From the UHGV virus genome UHGV-0117250: a stretch of 38,690 nt of DNA; one strand, written 5' to 3'. Made by a program: the position numbers and the translations under genes. Positions within the stretch are counted from its first letter, which is position 1. Every line of letters begins with the position of its first letter. Below the pieces are notes generated by a model. The model made no database searches. It was not told the origin of the DNA and saw only the letters and a program-made list of their open reading frames with translations. Positions 16,761 to 27,358 of the stretch are shown here, in pieces. The DNA is from a virus.

Positions 16761-17747
16761 ATGTCTGTTAAAGGCTTAACTGCGCTAACGCTGGCTGACT
16801 GGGGTAAGCGCGTCGATCCAAACGGGAAAGTCGATAAGATTATCGAGCTTCTCGGTCAAACTAACCCGATCCTTCAGGATATGCCTTTTGTCGAAGGGAA
16901 CCTTCCTACCGGACACCGAACCACCATTCGTTCTGGTTTACCTTCAGCTACCTGGCGTTTGCTGAACTATGGTGTACAGCCAAGCAAATCAACCACAGTG
17001 CAGGTCACCGATTCCGTTGGCATGCTGGAAACCTATGCTGAAGTCGATAAGTCACTGGCTGATCTGAACGGTAATACCGCCGAATTCCGCCTGTCTGAAG
17101 ACCGCGCATTTATTGAAGCGATGAATCAGCAGATGGCGCAGACACTGTTTTATGGTGATTCCAGCGTTAACCCTCAGCAGTTTATGGGACTGTCCTCCCG
17201 CTATTCCAGCCTGTCTGCGGGTAATGCTCAGAACATCATTGATGCTGGTGGCACGGGTACAGATAACACCTCAATCTGGTTAGTGGTGTGGGGCGAAAAC
17301 ACCGTGCATGGCATCTTCCCGAAAGGGCAGAAGGCTGGCATCCAGATGGAAGATAAAGGCCAGGTGACACTGGAAGATGCTAATGGCGGCAAGTACGAAG
17401 GCTATCGCACCCATTACAAATGGGACAACGGACTTGCTCTGCGTGACTGGCGTTATGTTGTTCGCATTGCAAACATCGATGTCAGCAATCTTTCAGAACC
17501 TTCCTCTGCCGCAAATATTGCGAAGTTGATGGTTAAAGCACTGCATCGCATTCCAAACCGTGGAATGGGTCGCCCGGTGTTCTACATGAACCGCACTGTA
17601 GGCCAGGCTCTTGATCTGCAATCTCTGGAGAAAACATCTCTGGCGATCAGCGTAAAAGAGACAGAAGGCGAGTGGTGGACTTCATTCCGTGGTGTACCAA
17701 TCCGTGAAACTGATGCGCTTCTGGAAACAGAAGCCCGTGTGGTGTAA
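16761..17747 (+). CDS. major capsid protein
   Basis: About 330 aa, directly after the scaffold-like gene; AGAGAGG SD 8 nt before ATG 16761; followed by a stem-loop at 17763..17784. Confidence 0.7.
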   Translation: MSVKGLTALTLADWGKRVDPNGKVDKIIELLGQTNPILQDMPFVEGNLPTGHRTTIRSGLPSATWRLLNYGVQPSKSTTVQVTDSVGMLETYAEVDKSLADLNGNTAEFRLSEDRAFIEAMNQQMAQTLFYGDSSVNPQQFMGLSSRYSSLSAGNAQNIIDAGGTGTDNTSIWLVVWGENTVHGIFPKGQKAGIQMEDKGQVTLEDANGGKYEGYRTHYKWDNGLALRDWRYVVRIANIDVSNLSEPSSAANIAKLMVKALHRIPNRGMGRPVFYMNRTVGQALDLQSLEKTSLAISVKETEGEWWTSFRGVPIRETDALLETEARVV

Positions 17748-17798
17748 CGCCTGTTATTAACCAGTGGGTCGTAACAGACCCACTAATGGAGAAAGAAG

Positions 17799-18236
17799 AT
17801 GATCACCGACAAACTGTTGATGTTCTCCGAAGCACAGGCGGTAACTGATACCGCGGCTTCTACTGACGTAATCGATCTAGGTCCAATTGATGGAAATCGT
17901 CGCGATATCGGCGTGGGTTACCCGCTTGAGTTTTGGGCGCTGGTTAACGAAGCCGCCACGGCAAGTGGTGAGGCAACTGTAAACATCCAGTTGCAGACGA
18001 GTGAGAATAACAGCTCATGGTCCACTATTTATGATAGTGGCGCACTGGCAAAGGCTACCCTGACAGCAGGTAAACGAGTTGTTTCTGCAAAGGTGCCTGC
18101 CGGTGTTCAGCGATATCTGCGTGTTAACTACTCCGTCGCAACTGGCCCACTAACGGCCGGCAAATTCACTTCCGGCATTAACCTGGATGTTGATGCAAAT
18201 ACGCCGTATCCGATCCGCTCCAAAGTAACCGGCTAA
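17799..18236 (+). CDS. hypothetical virion protein (possible capsid decoration/accessory)
   Basis: 145 aa, GGAG SD, immediately after the capsid gene and hairpin. Confidence 0.45.
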   Translation: MITDKLLMFSEAQAVTDTAASTDVIDLGPIDGNRRDIGVGYPLEFWALVNEAATASGEATVNIQLQTSENNSSWSTIYDSGALAKATLTAGKRVVSAKVPAGVQRYLRVNYSVATGPLTAGKFTSGINLDVDANTPYPIRSKVTG

Positions 18237-18246
18237 GGGGATATCG

Positions 18247-18582
18247 ATGTCAGGTGAGAAACCGAAGTACCGCGTTCTGCGCCTCTCTCATATCCACAAT
18301 AACCTGTGGCCGGAGGGCTCTGAAATTGAATACGACGGCGAGCCAGGTAGTGCACTGGAGCCCATCAACGATGCAGCGAAGGCGGCGAAAGCAAAGGTTA
18401 CAGGTAAAGCAGCAGAAACCGTAACCAGTGCCAAACCCATCAACGATGCAGCCGAAGATGGCGATCTGGATAAGATCCGCGAAGAGTATGAACTGCTCTT
18501 TAACGAGAAGCCGCACCATAACGCCAAAGCCGAAACGCTTCGCGAGAAAATCGCAGATAAGCGCAAAGAACTGGGCGTGTAA
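18247..18582 (+). CDS. hypothetical protein
   Basis: 111 aa, Lys/Ala-rich; followed by an intrinsic terminator. Confidence 0.45.
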   Translation: MSGEKPKYRVLRLSHIHNNLWPEGSEIEYDGEPGSALEPINDAAKAAKAKVTGKAAETVTSAKPINDAAEDGDLDKIREEYELLFNEKPHHNAKAETLREKIADKRKELGV

Positions 18583-18598
18583 GCCTCGCGTATCAGAC

Positions 18599-18620
18599 AA
18601 GGGGCTTCGGCCCCTTTATT
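18599..18620 (+). terminator. rho-independent terminator
   Basis: GGGGC-TTCG-GCCCC hairpin followed by TTTATT. Confidence 0.55.
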
Positions 18621-18632
18621 GCAGGAGTGTAT

Positions 18633-18956
18633 ATGGAACTGGTCAACCTCAAAACCGGCACCGACAGCTACCAGGACGAGAGCGGAGAAACCAAAAACCG
18701 CGACGAATATCCATGGGGGCTTTGCATCACGTTGAACAATGACACGCTGAATAAGCTCAAGGCGCAACCTCAGGGCGTCGGAACAGAAGTGATGATAACT
18801 GCAAAGGCTGTTATTCGAGGCCTGTCTGCCAGAGAAACTGACGATGGTGTTAATCGCAGCGCCGATCTGCAGATCACTGATATGGCGATCGCTCCTGTTT
18901 CCAGGGATGTAGAAAAATCAGCGGCTGAAACTCTGTACGGTAACGGAGGTGAGTGA
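18633..18956 (+). CDS. hypothetical virion-module protein
   Basis: ATG 18633 after AGGAG (track start 18627 is GTG); stop overlaps the next gene. Confidence 0.45.
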   Translation: MELVNLKTGTDSYQDESGETKNRDEYPWGLCITLNNDTLNKLKAQPQGVGTEVMITAKAVIRGLSARETDDGVNRSADLQITDMAIAPVSRDVEKSAAETLYGNGGE

Positions 18957-19561
18957 TGGCCTCTGTAGTAGAGATCTGTAATCGTGCGCTGTCCAATATT
19001 GGCAACAGCCGCAGTATTAACAGCCTGACGGAAGCCAGCAAGGAAGCGGGGGAATGTTCGCTGCACTTTGAGGCCTGCCGTGATGCTGTTCTTTCTGATT
19101 TTGACTGGAACTTTGCTACCAAACGCGTGGCGCTTGCAGATACGAGCAATCCACCGCCTGACTGGGAATATGCGTACCAGTACCCGTCCGATTGTCTGCG
19201 CATTACTGAAATTATGCTTCCTGGTGTACGCAATCCAACAGCAGCAATGCGCGTTCAGTACGAAGTTGGTGCAGACACCAACGGAACAGGAAAGTTGATC
19301 TACACAGACCAGCCGCAGGCATGGCTCAAGTATGTCTCTCGCGTTTCAGATGTGAACATGTTTGATGCCATTTTTATGGAGGCGTTGGCCTGGCGTCTTG
19401 CGGCAGCTATTAACATGGCGCTGACTGGGAATGCAGACCTCGGTACGTTTGCCCTCAATATGTACAATCGCGTGATTCTTAGTGCTGGCTCGCATAGCCA
19501 GAATGAATCACAGGAACCACAGCCACCGGTTGACGAGTTTACCATTGCGAGGTTGTCCTGA
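18953..19561 (+). CDS. tail tubular protein A-like (T7 gp11-like)
   Basis: 202 aa; N-terminal pattern ICNRALSNIG...L...W.F resembles the T7 gp11 N-terminus (from memory); precedes a large gp12-like gene. Confidence 0.5.
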   Translation: MMASVVEICNRALSNIGNSRSINSLTEASKEAGECSLHFEACRDAVLSDFDWNFATKRVALADTSNPPPDWEYAYQYPSDCLRITEIMLPGVRNPTAAMRVQYEVGADTNGTGKLIYTDQPQAWLKYVSRVSDVNMFDAIFMEALAWRLAAAINMALTGNADLGTFALNMYNRVILSAGSHSQNESQEPQPPVDEFTIARLS

Positions 19562-22032
19562 TGGCTATCAGTTGGATCCAGCCCAGCTTTGCCGGTGGTG
19601 AGATTGGACCGTCGTTGTACGGTCGTATCGACATGGCGAAGTACCAGGTGGCATTGCGCAAGTGCGATAACTTTATCGTGCGGCAGTATGGCGGCGTTGA
19701 GAATCGACCTGGTACGCGTTTTGTCGGTGCCGCCAAATACCCAAATCGGAAATGCCGCCTGATCCCGTTCCAGTTCTCGACGGTTCAGACTTATGCTCTG
19801 GAGTTCGGACACCAGTACATGCGCGTTATCAAAGATGGTGCGTTGGTGCTGAATAGCAGCAATGTTATTTATGAAATTGCCACGCCATATACTGAAGCCG
19901 ATCTGTTCCGAATTAAATTCACGCAAAGCGCAGACGTGCTTACGCTGGTTCATCCGGCATACCCGCCGAAAGAGTTGCGCCGCTATGCGCATGACAACTG
20001 GCAACTGGTTGATGTGGTAACGAAGAACGGGCCATTTGAAGATATCAATATTGACGAGTCAGTGACGGTTTATGCCAGCGCCAGCACCGGGACAATTACG
20101 TTAACGGCAAGCGCCTCAATTTTTGGCGCGGAGCAGGTAGGCAAATTGTTCTATCTGGAACAGCCTGCAGTGGATTCTGTGCCGGTATGGGAAACCAGTA
20201 AGAGTACGTCGATTGGCGATATTCGCCGTGCAGACAGTAACTACTATCGCGCCGTTACAGCAGGCAAAACAGGCACTTTGCGCCCTTCGCATACAGAAGG
20301 CACATCATGGGATGGCTGGGGCGGATCCGGTGATGATGATACCGGCATTGAGTGGGAGTATCTGCACAGTGGTTTTGGCATTGCCCGTATCTCTGCTGCA
20401 AATGGAACTACTGCAACTGCCGAGGTGATTTCCTATATCCCTTCGCAGGTAGTTGGCGAGGATAATGCCAGCTATAAATGGGCTAAATATGCCTGGAACA
20501 GTGTTAATGGTTATCCTGGCACTGTTGTTTATTATCAACAACGTCTTTACTTCGCCGCATCGACTGCGTTCCCTCAGACTATCTGGGCCAGCCGTACCGT
20601 GGATTATAAGGATTTTGGCAAAAGCAATCCTACGCAGGATGACGACAGAATTATCTACACCTATGCCGGGCGTCAGGTTAATGAGATCCGCCACCTGATT
20701 GATGTCGGTTCGCTGGTGGCACTGACTTCCGGAGGTGAGTACGTCATCACCGGCGACCAGAACAAAGTGTTAACCCCATCATCATTTGCATTCAGCTCTC
20801 AGGGATCAAATGGCTCGAGCAATGTCCCACCAATTGCCGTGGCGAATATTGCTCTGTTCGTCCAGGAGAAAGGCAGTGTTGTCCGTGATCTGGCCTACTC
20901 ATTCGATGTTGACGGCTATCAGGGGAACGACCTGACCATCCTTGCCAATCATCTTTTTCAGAAGCACAGCATTGTTGACTGGTGCTTCTCTATTGTCCCT
21001 TACTCCAGCGCCTTCTGCATTCGTGATGACGGTAAATTACTGGTGATGACCTATTTGCGTGATCAGCAGGTTTTTGCATGGGCACCACAATCCAGTACCG
21101 GAAAATATGAAAGCACATGCAGTATCAGCGAAGGAAATGAAGATGCGGTGTATTTCGTCATTAACCGAACCGTTAACGGGCAAACAGTGAGATACATCGA
21201 GCGACTGTCCAGCCGTTTATTTACCAGCGATGAAGATGCTTTCTTTGTTGATTCTGGCCTTAGCTATGATGGAAGAAATACGTCTGACAGAACGATGACC
21301 ATCACTGGTGGTTCTGGCGAATGGGATTACCGCGCGGAATATACAATCAGTGTTTCTGGTGGTGCGTACTTCACCAGTAGTGATGTCGGTGCGCAACTAC
21401 AGTTCCCTTATACCGGAACTGATCCTGATACTGGCGATGAAGTGTCAAAAGAATTACGTTGCGACATTATTTCTGTAACCAGCAATACCGCAGTAGTGGT
21501 TCGTGCTAACAGGAACGTCCCGCCATCCCTCAGGAATGTGGCCACCACGAACTGGCAGATGGCGCGCCGGACATTTGGAGGCCTGTCTCATCTTGAAGGC
21601 CAGACCGTAAACATTCTCTCTGATGCGAACGTGGAACCACAGAAAGTTGTTTCCGGAGGTGCCGTCACGCTGGAATCTCCGGGGGCTGTAGTGCACATCG
21701 GCCTGCCAATAACTGCTGAATTCGAAACACTGGATATCAACATTAACGGACAGGAAACGCTGCTGGACAAAAAACAGGTGATCCCGTCCGTTACTCTGGT
21801 TGTGAATGCCAGTCGCGGCATCTGGGCGACTACGCCAGGCGGTAAATGGTACGAATATCCACAGCGTGAATTCGAGTTCTATGATGATCCTGTTGATGAC
21901 GCTACCGGAAAAGTAGAAGTGAAACTGGACAGTAACTGGGGCAAAAACGGACGTGTAAAAATCCGTCAGCTTGACCCGTTGCCGCTGTCTGTTCTTGCCG
22001 TTATTCCTCGCCTTACTGTTGGGGGATTCTGA
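19561..22032 (+). CDS. tail tubular protein B-like (T7 gp12-like)
   Basis: 823 aa, size and position as for podovirus gp12; start overlaps the preceding stop. Confidence 0.55.
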   Translation: MAISWIQPSFAGGEIGPSLYGRIDMAKYQVALRKCDNFIVRQYGGVENRPGTRFVGAAKYPNRKCRLIPFQFSTVQTYALEFGHQYMRVIKDGALVLNSSNVIYEIATPYTEADLFRIKFTQSADVLTLVHPAYPPKELRRYAHDNWQLVDVVTKNGPFEDINIDESVTVYASASTGTITLTASASIFGAEQVGKLFYLEQPAVDSVPVWETSKSTSIGDIRRADSNYYRAVTAGKTGTLRPSHTEGTSWDGWGGSGDDDTGIEWEYLHSGFGIARISAANGTTATAEVISYIPSQVVGEDNASYKWAKYAWNSVNGYPGTVVYYQQRLYFAASTAFPQTIWASRTVDYKDFGKSNPTQDDDRIIYTYAGRQVNEIRHLIDVGSLVALTSGGEYVITGDQNKVLTPSSFAFSSQGSNGSSNVPPIAVANIALFVQEKGSVVRDLAYSFDVDGYQGNDLTILANHLFQKHSIVDWCFSIVPYSSAFCIRDDGKLLVMTYLRDQQVFAWAPQSSTGKYESTCSISEGNEDAVYFVINRTVNGQTVRYIERLSSRLFTSDEDAFFVDSGLSYDGRNTSDRTMTITGGSGEWDYRAEYTISVSGGAYFTSSDVGAQLQFPYTGTDPDTGDEVSKELRCDIISVTSNTAVVVRANRNVPPSLRNVATTNWQMARRTFGGLSHLEGQTVNILSDANVEPQKVVSGGAVTLESPGAVVHIGLPITAEFETLDININGQETLLDKKQVIPSVTLVVNASRGIWATTPGGKWYEYPQREFEFYDDPVDDATGKVEVKLDSNWGKNGRVKIRQLDPLPLSVLAVIPRLTVGGF

Positions 22033-22496
22033 TGATCGATGTTCAAATTATTCCCGCTACCGAAGAGCATCTTCAGATGATTTTGCCGGATGTTCGTCAG
22101 GCTGATATTGACGAACTGTATGCGGTATCGCTGATGACTACCGAAGATGCGCTGCGTGTTGGTCTTCGCACTGCGACTATGGCCTGGTCAGGGTTCGCGA
22201 ACGGAGAACTGGTAACCATGTTTGGCGTATCTCCGGCGTCAATGATCGGTGGCAATGGTACGCCCTGGCTGGTCGGGGCCAGCCGTATTGAAAAATATCA
22301 GAAGACATTTCTTCGCCACTGCCGACCTGTATTGCAGCAGATGCTGGCAGTTTATCCGCGCCTGGAAAACTACGTCGACGAGCGAAACCATGTTGCCAAA
22401 GCATGGCTGCACTGGCTTGGATTCAGGCTTGAAGAAGCCGCGCCTTATGGTGCTCTTGGTCTTAATTTCCACAGATTTCACATGGAGAGAAAATAA
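22032..22496 (+). CDS. DUF2833-like phage protein (internal virion protein A-position)
   Basis: 154 aa; position equivalent to T7 gp13; family assignment from memory. Confidence 0.4.
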   Translation: MIDVQIIPATEEHLQMILPDVRQADIDELYAVSLMTTEDALRVGLRTATMAWSGFANGELVTMFGVSPASMIGGNGTPWLVGASRIEKYQKTFLRHCRPVLQQMLAVYPRLENYVDERNHVAKAWLHWLGFRLEEAAPYGALGLNFHRFHMERK

Positions 22497-23041
22497 TGTG
22501 CGATCCGGTTATTGCTGGTGGCGCAATGCTCGCCATGAGTGGCATTCAGGCATACACCCAGTACCAACAGGGAAAGTATGCCTCGAAGGTTGCAGAAGCG
22601 AACGCAGATATAGCCACAGCTCAGGCAAATGATGCAATAAACAGAGGTAACGCTGAAGCTGAGCAACGACGCAGAGAGACCCGACAGCGGCTTGGTACAC
22701 AGGCGGCGACAATGGGGGCTACCGGCGCTGATTTATCTACAGGTAACGCGCTGGATATATTTGGCGACACTGCCCAGTTTGGCGCTCTTGATTCGCTGAC
22801 GACGGTGAATAACGCGCAACGCGAGGCTTACGGTTATCAGGTTCAGGCTGCCAACTATAAAGCAGAAGCCAGTTCAGCCCGTAAACAGGGGAATGTGGGA
22901 GCAGCAACAACATTACTCACTGCGCCTCTGAAGGCATACGGTGCGTACCAGATGTTTGGTGGGACGTGGAGTCCGTTTACTCAAAGCACTCCTGCGCCAA
23001 TCGGGGCAGCAGCAGGAACCAGATTACACGGAGGATTATAA
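22496..23041 (+). CDS. internal virion protein B-like (T7 gp14-like)
   Basis: 181 aa; starts MC...; Ala/Gln-rich helical protein with C-terminal ...PAPIGAAAGT, resembling T7 gp14 at both ends. Confidence 0.55.
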   Translation: MCDPVIAGGAMLAMSGIQAYTQYQQGKYASKVAEANADIATAQANDAINRGNAEAEQRRRETRQRLGTQAATMGATGADLSTGNALDIFGDTAQFGALDSLTTVNNAQREAYGYQVQAANYKAEASSARKQGNVGAATTLLTAPLKAYGAYQMFGGTWSPFTQSTPAPIGAAAGTRLHGGL

Positions 23042-25554
23042 TGCCAGTCGTACCAACAGTATCCGGACGTCAGGTTGAGAGTCGTGGAGTTCAGTCAGCA
23101 GGCTTGCAGACGTTTTCTCAGCAAGGTATTGGTGATGCTTTTGTTCGGGCAGGGACAGAGGCAATTGATGTTTTGGGGCAGGCAAAACAGCGTGCCAATA
23201 TCGCTCTGGCTCAGGAGGCATCTCTTAACCTCAGTCAGATAAGCAGCGATCTGCTGAATAATCCTGAAACAGGATTGCTTAACCTGAAAGGGAAAAATGC
23301 TATTGGAAAAGGCCATGAGTATACGCAGCAGTTTGATGCTCAGGTCGAACAACTGGCTATGTCGCTGCCGGATGAACAGGCTCGTAATGCTTTCATGCAG
23401 CAGGCGCAGCAGCAGCGCATTCAGTTCACTACGCAGGCCGGGCGACACGAGATAGGGCAAATTAATGCCTACGAAGAAGGCCAGTTTCAGGCGACACTGC
23501 TGAACAATGGTAAAAATGCCGCAGCATTGTATGGCGACAACGCCGCATACGTATTGGCTAACAAGCAAACTTTCCAGCAAATTGAGGAGTACGGTGTTGC
23601 ACATGGCTGGAGCAACGAGCAAATCCAGGCCAAGAAAATCGAGTTTAAAGAGAAGGTTGCTGATGCTGCATTGTCCCAGTGGTCGGCAAACAATGCGACC
23701 GCATTCATCCAAAGTAATGGCGAGTTAAGTGATACTGCTGCTGGAGCTCGCCGTGCTGTAGCAGATAGTGACTCTTCCGAGCGTGCCCGTGGCATACGCA
23801 ACAATAACCCAGGAAATCTCGAATACAGCAAAACTAATCCGTGGGTAGGCCAGACCGGTGATGATGGTCGATTTGCTAAATTCGAAACACCTGAACACGG
23901 GATTCGTGCATTAGGGCGGAACCTGATGTCGTATCAGAGGCAGGGTATTGATACCGTCAGCGAGATAATTAATCGCTGGGCACCGCCTGCTGATAAAAAT
24001 GACACTATGTCGTATATCAAAGCAGTGTGCGAACAACTTGGCGTTTCTGCTGATGAGCCTCTCGATGCATCTAATCCTGATACCCTGAAGGCGCTTTGTG
24101 CAGCCATTATCCATCATGAGAACGGTAGCCAGCCATACAGTGATCAGCAGTTAACTGCTGGTGTCAGTGCAGCACTTGGTTTATCAACAATTCCAACCAA
24201 CACCAAACGCTATACCGGTAATGCAGCATTCGATGCGGCATCTCCTGAGGCGCAGGCAAGTTTTATGCGACAGGCGGATCAACTGCGTCGGCAGCAGCAG
24301 GCTGAATATAAAACGATGATTGACAGCCAGGTTCGCGATGCGACAGCTGCGTATATGCGTGGCGTTGAATTTCCTAACCCACCTGGTGAGGCTGATTTTA
24401 TTGCAGCTTATGGAGTAAGAGAAGGAAACCTGCGATATACCGAGTTCAGAAATACGCAAATCGCCGGACAGTATATAGGCTCTTTCCGCAACATGCCGAC
24501 AAGCAGCATTACAGCATATGTTGAGCAATTACGCCCGGATACTGGTGAGACAGGGGAGGGTTATGCGGCACGAGCCGCTCTTTATGACAACGTTGTGTCG
24601 GCTGCAAGTCAGGTGATAAAGCAGCGACAGGCTGATCCTGTACAGTTCTCTCTTGCCGCCGGACAGGCAAAGCCTATCGACATGAGCAATAAGGATAACT
24701 TTGGACAGAGCGTTGCCTTGCGTGCTGCTCAGGTCAGTGACCTTGCTAAGTCATATGGCACTCCACTGACGTTCTTTTCCAAAGACGAGGCCAATCAGAT
24801 CGGTGTTTTCTTTCGTGATGCGCCCGTTTCCCAACAGGCAGCATATCTCGATACCATCAGGCAGAGCACTGGTGGTGGGCAGGTGTATATGTCAGCACTA
24901 CAGCAGATCAGTGCCAACGCTCCATCTGCTGCCGTTGCCGGGATACTGATGGATAAGCCAGGTGGTATTTTGGCAGAAAAAAACTGGTTTAATCCGGATG
25001 TTTCCGTGTCTCCAGAAACCGCTGCGCAGACAATTCTTGCTGGCGCGGCGGCTCGTAAAGGTACTGATGACGCGAAAGGTATTCCGATGCCTAAAGATGC
25101 TGATCTTCGCCTTGAGTTTTCTGACATGGTGAAGGATGCATTTGCTGGTGATGCTCAGGGGGCATCAATGGCATACGAGATCGCAAAGGACTATTACGCT
25201 GGTGTGATGGCGAAAAAAGGCGTGGTATCAGGCGAAATTGACAATGATATCTGGAAACAGGCTGTTAACGTAGCTACAGGTGGCGTGCATGACTATAACG
25301 GAATGGGGAATGTTCTTTTGCCGTGGGGAATGTCTGCAGAGCAATTCGATAAGCAGGTTAATCAGGCTTGGAATGAACAAGTTGTTGGCACAGGGATAAA
25401 AACACCGCCTGGTCAGTATGGTTTGCAAAGTTACGGCGATAGTCAGTACCTGGTGAAACTTGGTACTGGTTATCTGCTAAAAGATGATGGTTCTCCCGTT
25501 GTTCTTGATCTGACACAGAAGCGTCAGAGATTCTCCGGAGATATTCCGCAATGA
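23041..25554 (+). CDS. internal virion/ejection protein (gp15-like)
   Basis: ATG 23041 with GGAGG SD overlapping the upstream stop (TAATG); 837 aa; contains a conserved-looking block GIRNNNPGNLEY...GQTGDDGRFAKF. Confidence 0.55.
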   Translation: MPVVPTVSGRQVESRGVQSAGLQTFSQQGIGDAFVRAGTEAIDVLGQAKQRANIALAQEASLNLSQISSDLLNNPETGLLNLKGKNAIGKGHEYTQQFDAQVEQLAMSLPDEQARNAFMQQAQQQRIQFTTQAGRHEIGQINAYEEGQFQATLLNNGKNAAALYGDNAAYVLANKQTFQQIEEYGVAHGWSNEQIQAKKIEFKEKVADAALSQWSANNATAFIQSNGELSDTAAGARRAVADSDSSERARGIRNNNPGNLEYSKTNPWVGQTGDDGRFAKFETPEHGIRALGRNLMSYQRQGIDTVSEIINRWAPPADKNDTMSYIKAVCEQLGVSADEPLDASNPDTLKALCAAIIHHENGSQPYSDQQLTAGVSAALGLSTIPTNTKRYTGNAAFDAASPEAQASFMRQADQLRRQQQAEYKTMIDSQVRDATAAYMRGVEFPNPPGEADFIAAYGVREGNLRYTEFRNTQIAGQYIGSFRNMPTSSITAYVEQLRPDTGETGEGYAARAALYDNVVSAASQVIKQRQADPVQFSLAAGQAKPIDMSNKDNFGQSVALRAAQVSDLAKSYGTPLTFFSKDEANQIGVFFRDAPVSQQAAYLDTIRQSTGGGQVYMSALQQISANAPSAAVAGILMDKPGGILAEKNWFNPDVSVSPETAAQTILAGAAARKGTDDAKGIPMPKDADLRLEFSDMVKDAFAGDAQGASMAYEIAKDYYAGVMAKKGVVSGEIDNDIWKQAVNVATGGVHDYNGMGNVLLPWGMSAEQFDKQVNQAWNEQVVGTGIKTPPGQYGLQSYGDSQYLVKLGTGYLLKDDGSPVVLDLTQKRQRFSGDIPQ

Positions 25555-27353
25555 GTTACTTTGGCCTTAATCCAGTAAACCAGAATCAGCAGCTTGACGA
25601 AGCAGCATCAAATCCAGTTGGCTTTAACAGCGATGTTGGTTTTTTCGACAATGCTGTAGGAGCGGCATTGTCTGGTTTGTACTCCGGGCTGGTGGCAAAG
25701 CCAGATCAGTTGCTCTGGGCAGGGATGGATAAAATCGTATCCCCGATTGCTCAGTTTGTTAACGAAAACACCTCGCTCAATGACACTTCAGTTTCATACA
25801 TTGCCGAGCAGAGAAAACTAGCAGAGCAGCAGGTTAAGCGGCTGACGCCTGATGCCGCGACAACCGGAACCGCCGGGCAGGTTCTTTATGGGTTGTTCGA
25901 TATGGGCGGGCAGGCTGTTATCGGTACAACGCTCGGTGGTCCGGTCGGAGGTGCTGCGGCGGTAACTTCGCTACAGGGTTTTTCTGAGTTTGAACGGCTG
26001 ACAGCACAGGGTGTTGATTTCAGGACGGCGCAGGAAGCGGGATTAGTGCAGGGTATTACTGCTGGTGCCGGAACACTGATCCCTATGAGCCTCGGGTTAC
26101 GTGCTGGTGGTGCGCTGGCGGAAGGTGTGGCGGCTCAGCTTGCGCGGACGGGTGAAAGTTCAGTGCGACGCGCCGCAGCAACAGCAGTACGTGCAACGCC
26201 AGATATTGCCTATGCCGCAGGTACAAATATTGCGTTCGGTATGGCACAGCGTGGGCTTACTGCAAAAACGCTTCGTGATGGTGGCTATAGCGAAATGGCT
26301 AACCAGTATGATGTGTTGGATCGACAGGCAATTGCTATTGATGCTGTTCTTGGGGTGGCGTTTGGTGGTGTCGGCAGATTTATTAACTCTCGCGGTGAGG
26401 CTACAAGCACCCCCAATTTTTCACCAGTTGATGTCGATGCTGCACTGGCGGCGAATGCCGCTCATCATGCTGAAATTGATATTTCTCCCGGCGTGCCGAT
26501 CAACGTGCTTTCGCGCAATTCTCACATTCAGGCTCTGCGAAAAGCTATGTCTGATGTTAGCCAGGGGAGACCTGTAGACGTTGCCAGCATTGTTGAGTCT
26601 GCATCTTTCAGTGAAATTCCTGGGCGCAAGAGTCTGCTGTCTCAGGCAGTTAATGAGGCTCTGTCATCTGTAGATGATGGAGTAACGGCGCGCGCTATAG
26701 AAAATCGGTTGCTTGAAGAACAGGCCGCGCAGCTTTTGCCGCGTGGAGATAGACAGGTTTACCAGTCTGAAATCGCTAATAGCCAACGAATTATTGAAAA
26801 TCTCACTGAACAGCGTGCACAAATTCTTGCAGAAGAGCCAACCGGTAGCGGTAAAGCTTTGTCTCGTGCTCGATCAGATAAACAGGCCAGACTTCGCGAT
26901 ATTGACCAACGAATCCGGCAGGCACAAGAACGCCTGGAATTTTCTCGTAACGCGTTGGCACCGCATGAGCCTGGCGGTCAGTTTTTTGAAGCTCGAGCAG
27001 AACTTGCTCGGAGACAGCAGGCAGAAAGTGAACTTAATGCTCAGGCTGTTTCATTCTATAAAACAGCAGAGGTCAGGACGCCAGACGAAGTAGCTCCTTT
27101 TGAGCCTGATAAAATATTGCAACAGGCAGAACAAAAAATGATGGCGGATCAGGCAGGAGATATTGATCTGCGCATAGCTGAAGACTCGCTGCTTGAATCA
27201 CCTGACATGATAATCACCGTGCTGGATGATGATGGTAATCCACAATCGCGCAGCGCGCGTGAAGTACTGGATGAAGCGAACAGGGAAAGTGAGCAGGCAA
27301 TACAGGATTCCAGCCTGTTTGATGTCGCTGTGGCGTGTTTCTTGAGAGGTTAA
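25551..27353 (+). CDS. internal virion/ejection protein
   Basis: 600 aa, Gly/Ala-rich N-terminal half with a coiled-coil C-terminal half; ATGA-coupled to the upstream gene. Confidence 0.55.
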   Translation: MSYFGLNPVNQNQQLDEAASNPVGFNSDVGFFDNAVGAALSGLYSGLVAKPDQLLWAGMDKIVSPIAQFVNENTSLNDTSVSYIAEQRKLAEQQVKRLTPDAATTGTAGQVLYGLFDMGGQAVIGTTLGGPVGGAAAVTSLQGFSEFERLTAQGVDFRTAQEAGLVQGITAGAGTLIPMSLGLRAGGALAEGVAAQLARTGESSVRRAAATAVRATPDIAYAAGTNIAFGMAQRGLTAKTLRDGGYSEMANQYDVLDRQAIAIDAVLGVAFGGVGRFINSRGEATSTPNFSPVDVDAALAANAAHHAEIDISPGVPINVLSRNSHIQALRKAMSDVSQGRPVDVASIVESASFSEIPGRKSLLSQAVNEALSSVDDGVTARAIENRLLEEQAAQLLPRGDRQVYQSEIANSQRIIENLTEQRAQILAEEPTGSGKALSRARSDKQARLRDIDQRIRQAQERLEFSRNALAPHEPGGQFFEARAELARRQQAESELNAQAVSFYKTAEVRTPDEVAPFEPDKILQQAEQKMMADQAGDIDLRIAEDSLLESPDMIITVLDDDGNPQSRSAREVLDEANRESEQAIQDSSLFDVAVACFLRG

Positions 27354-27358
27354 ATTAA

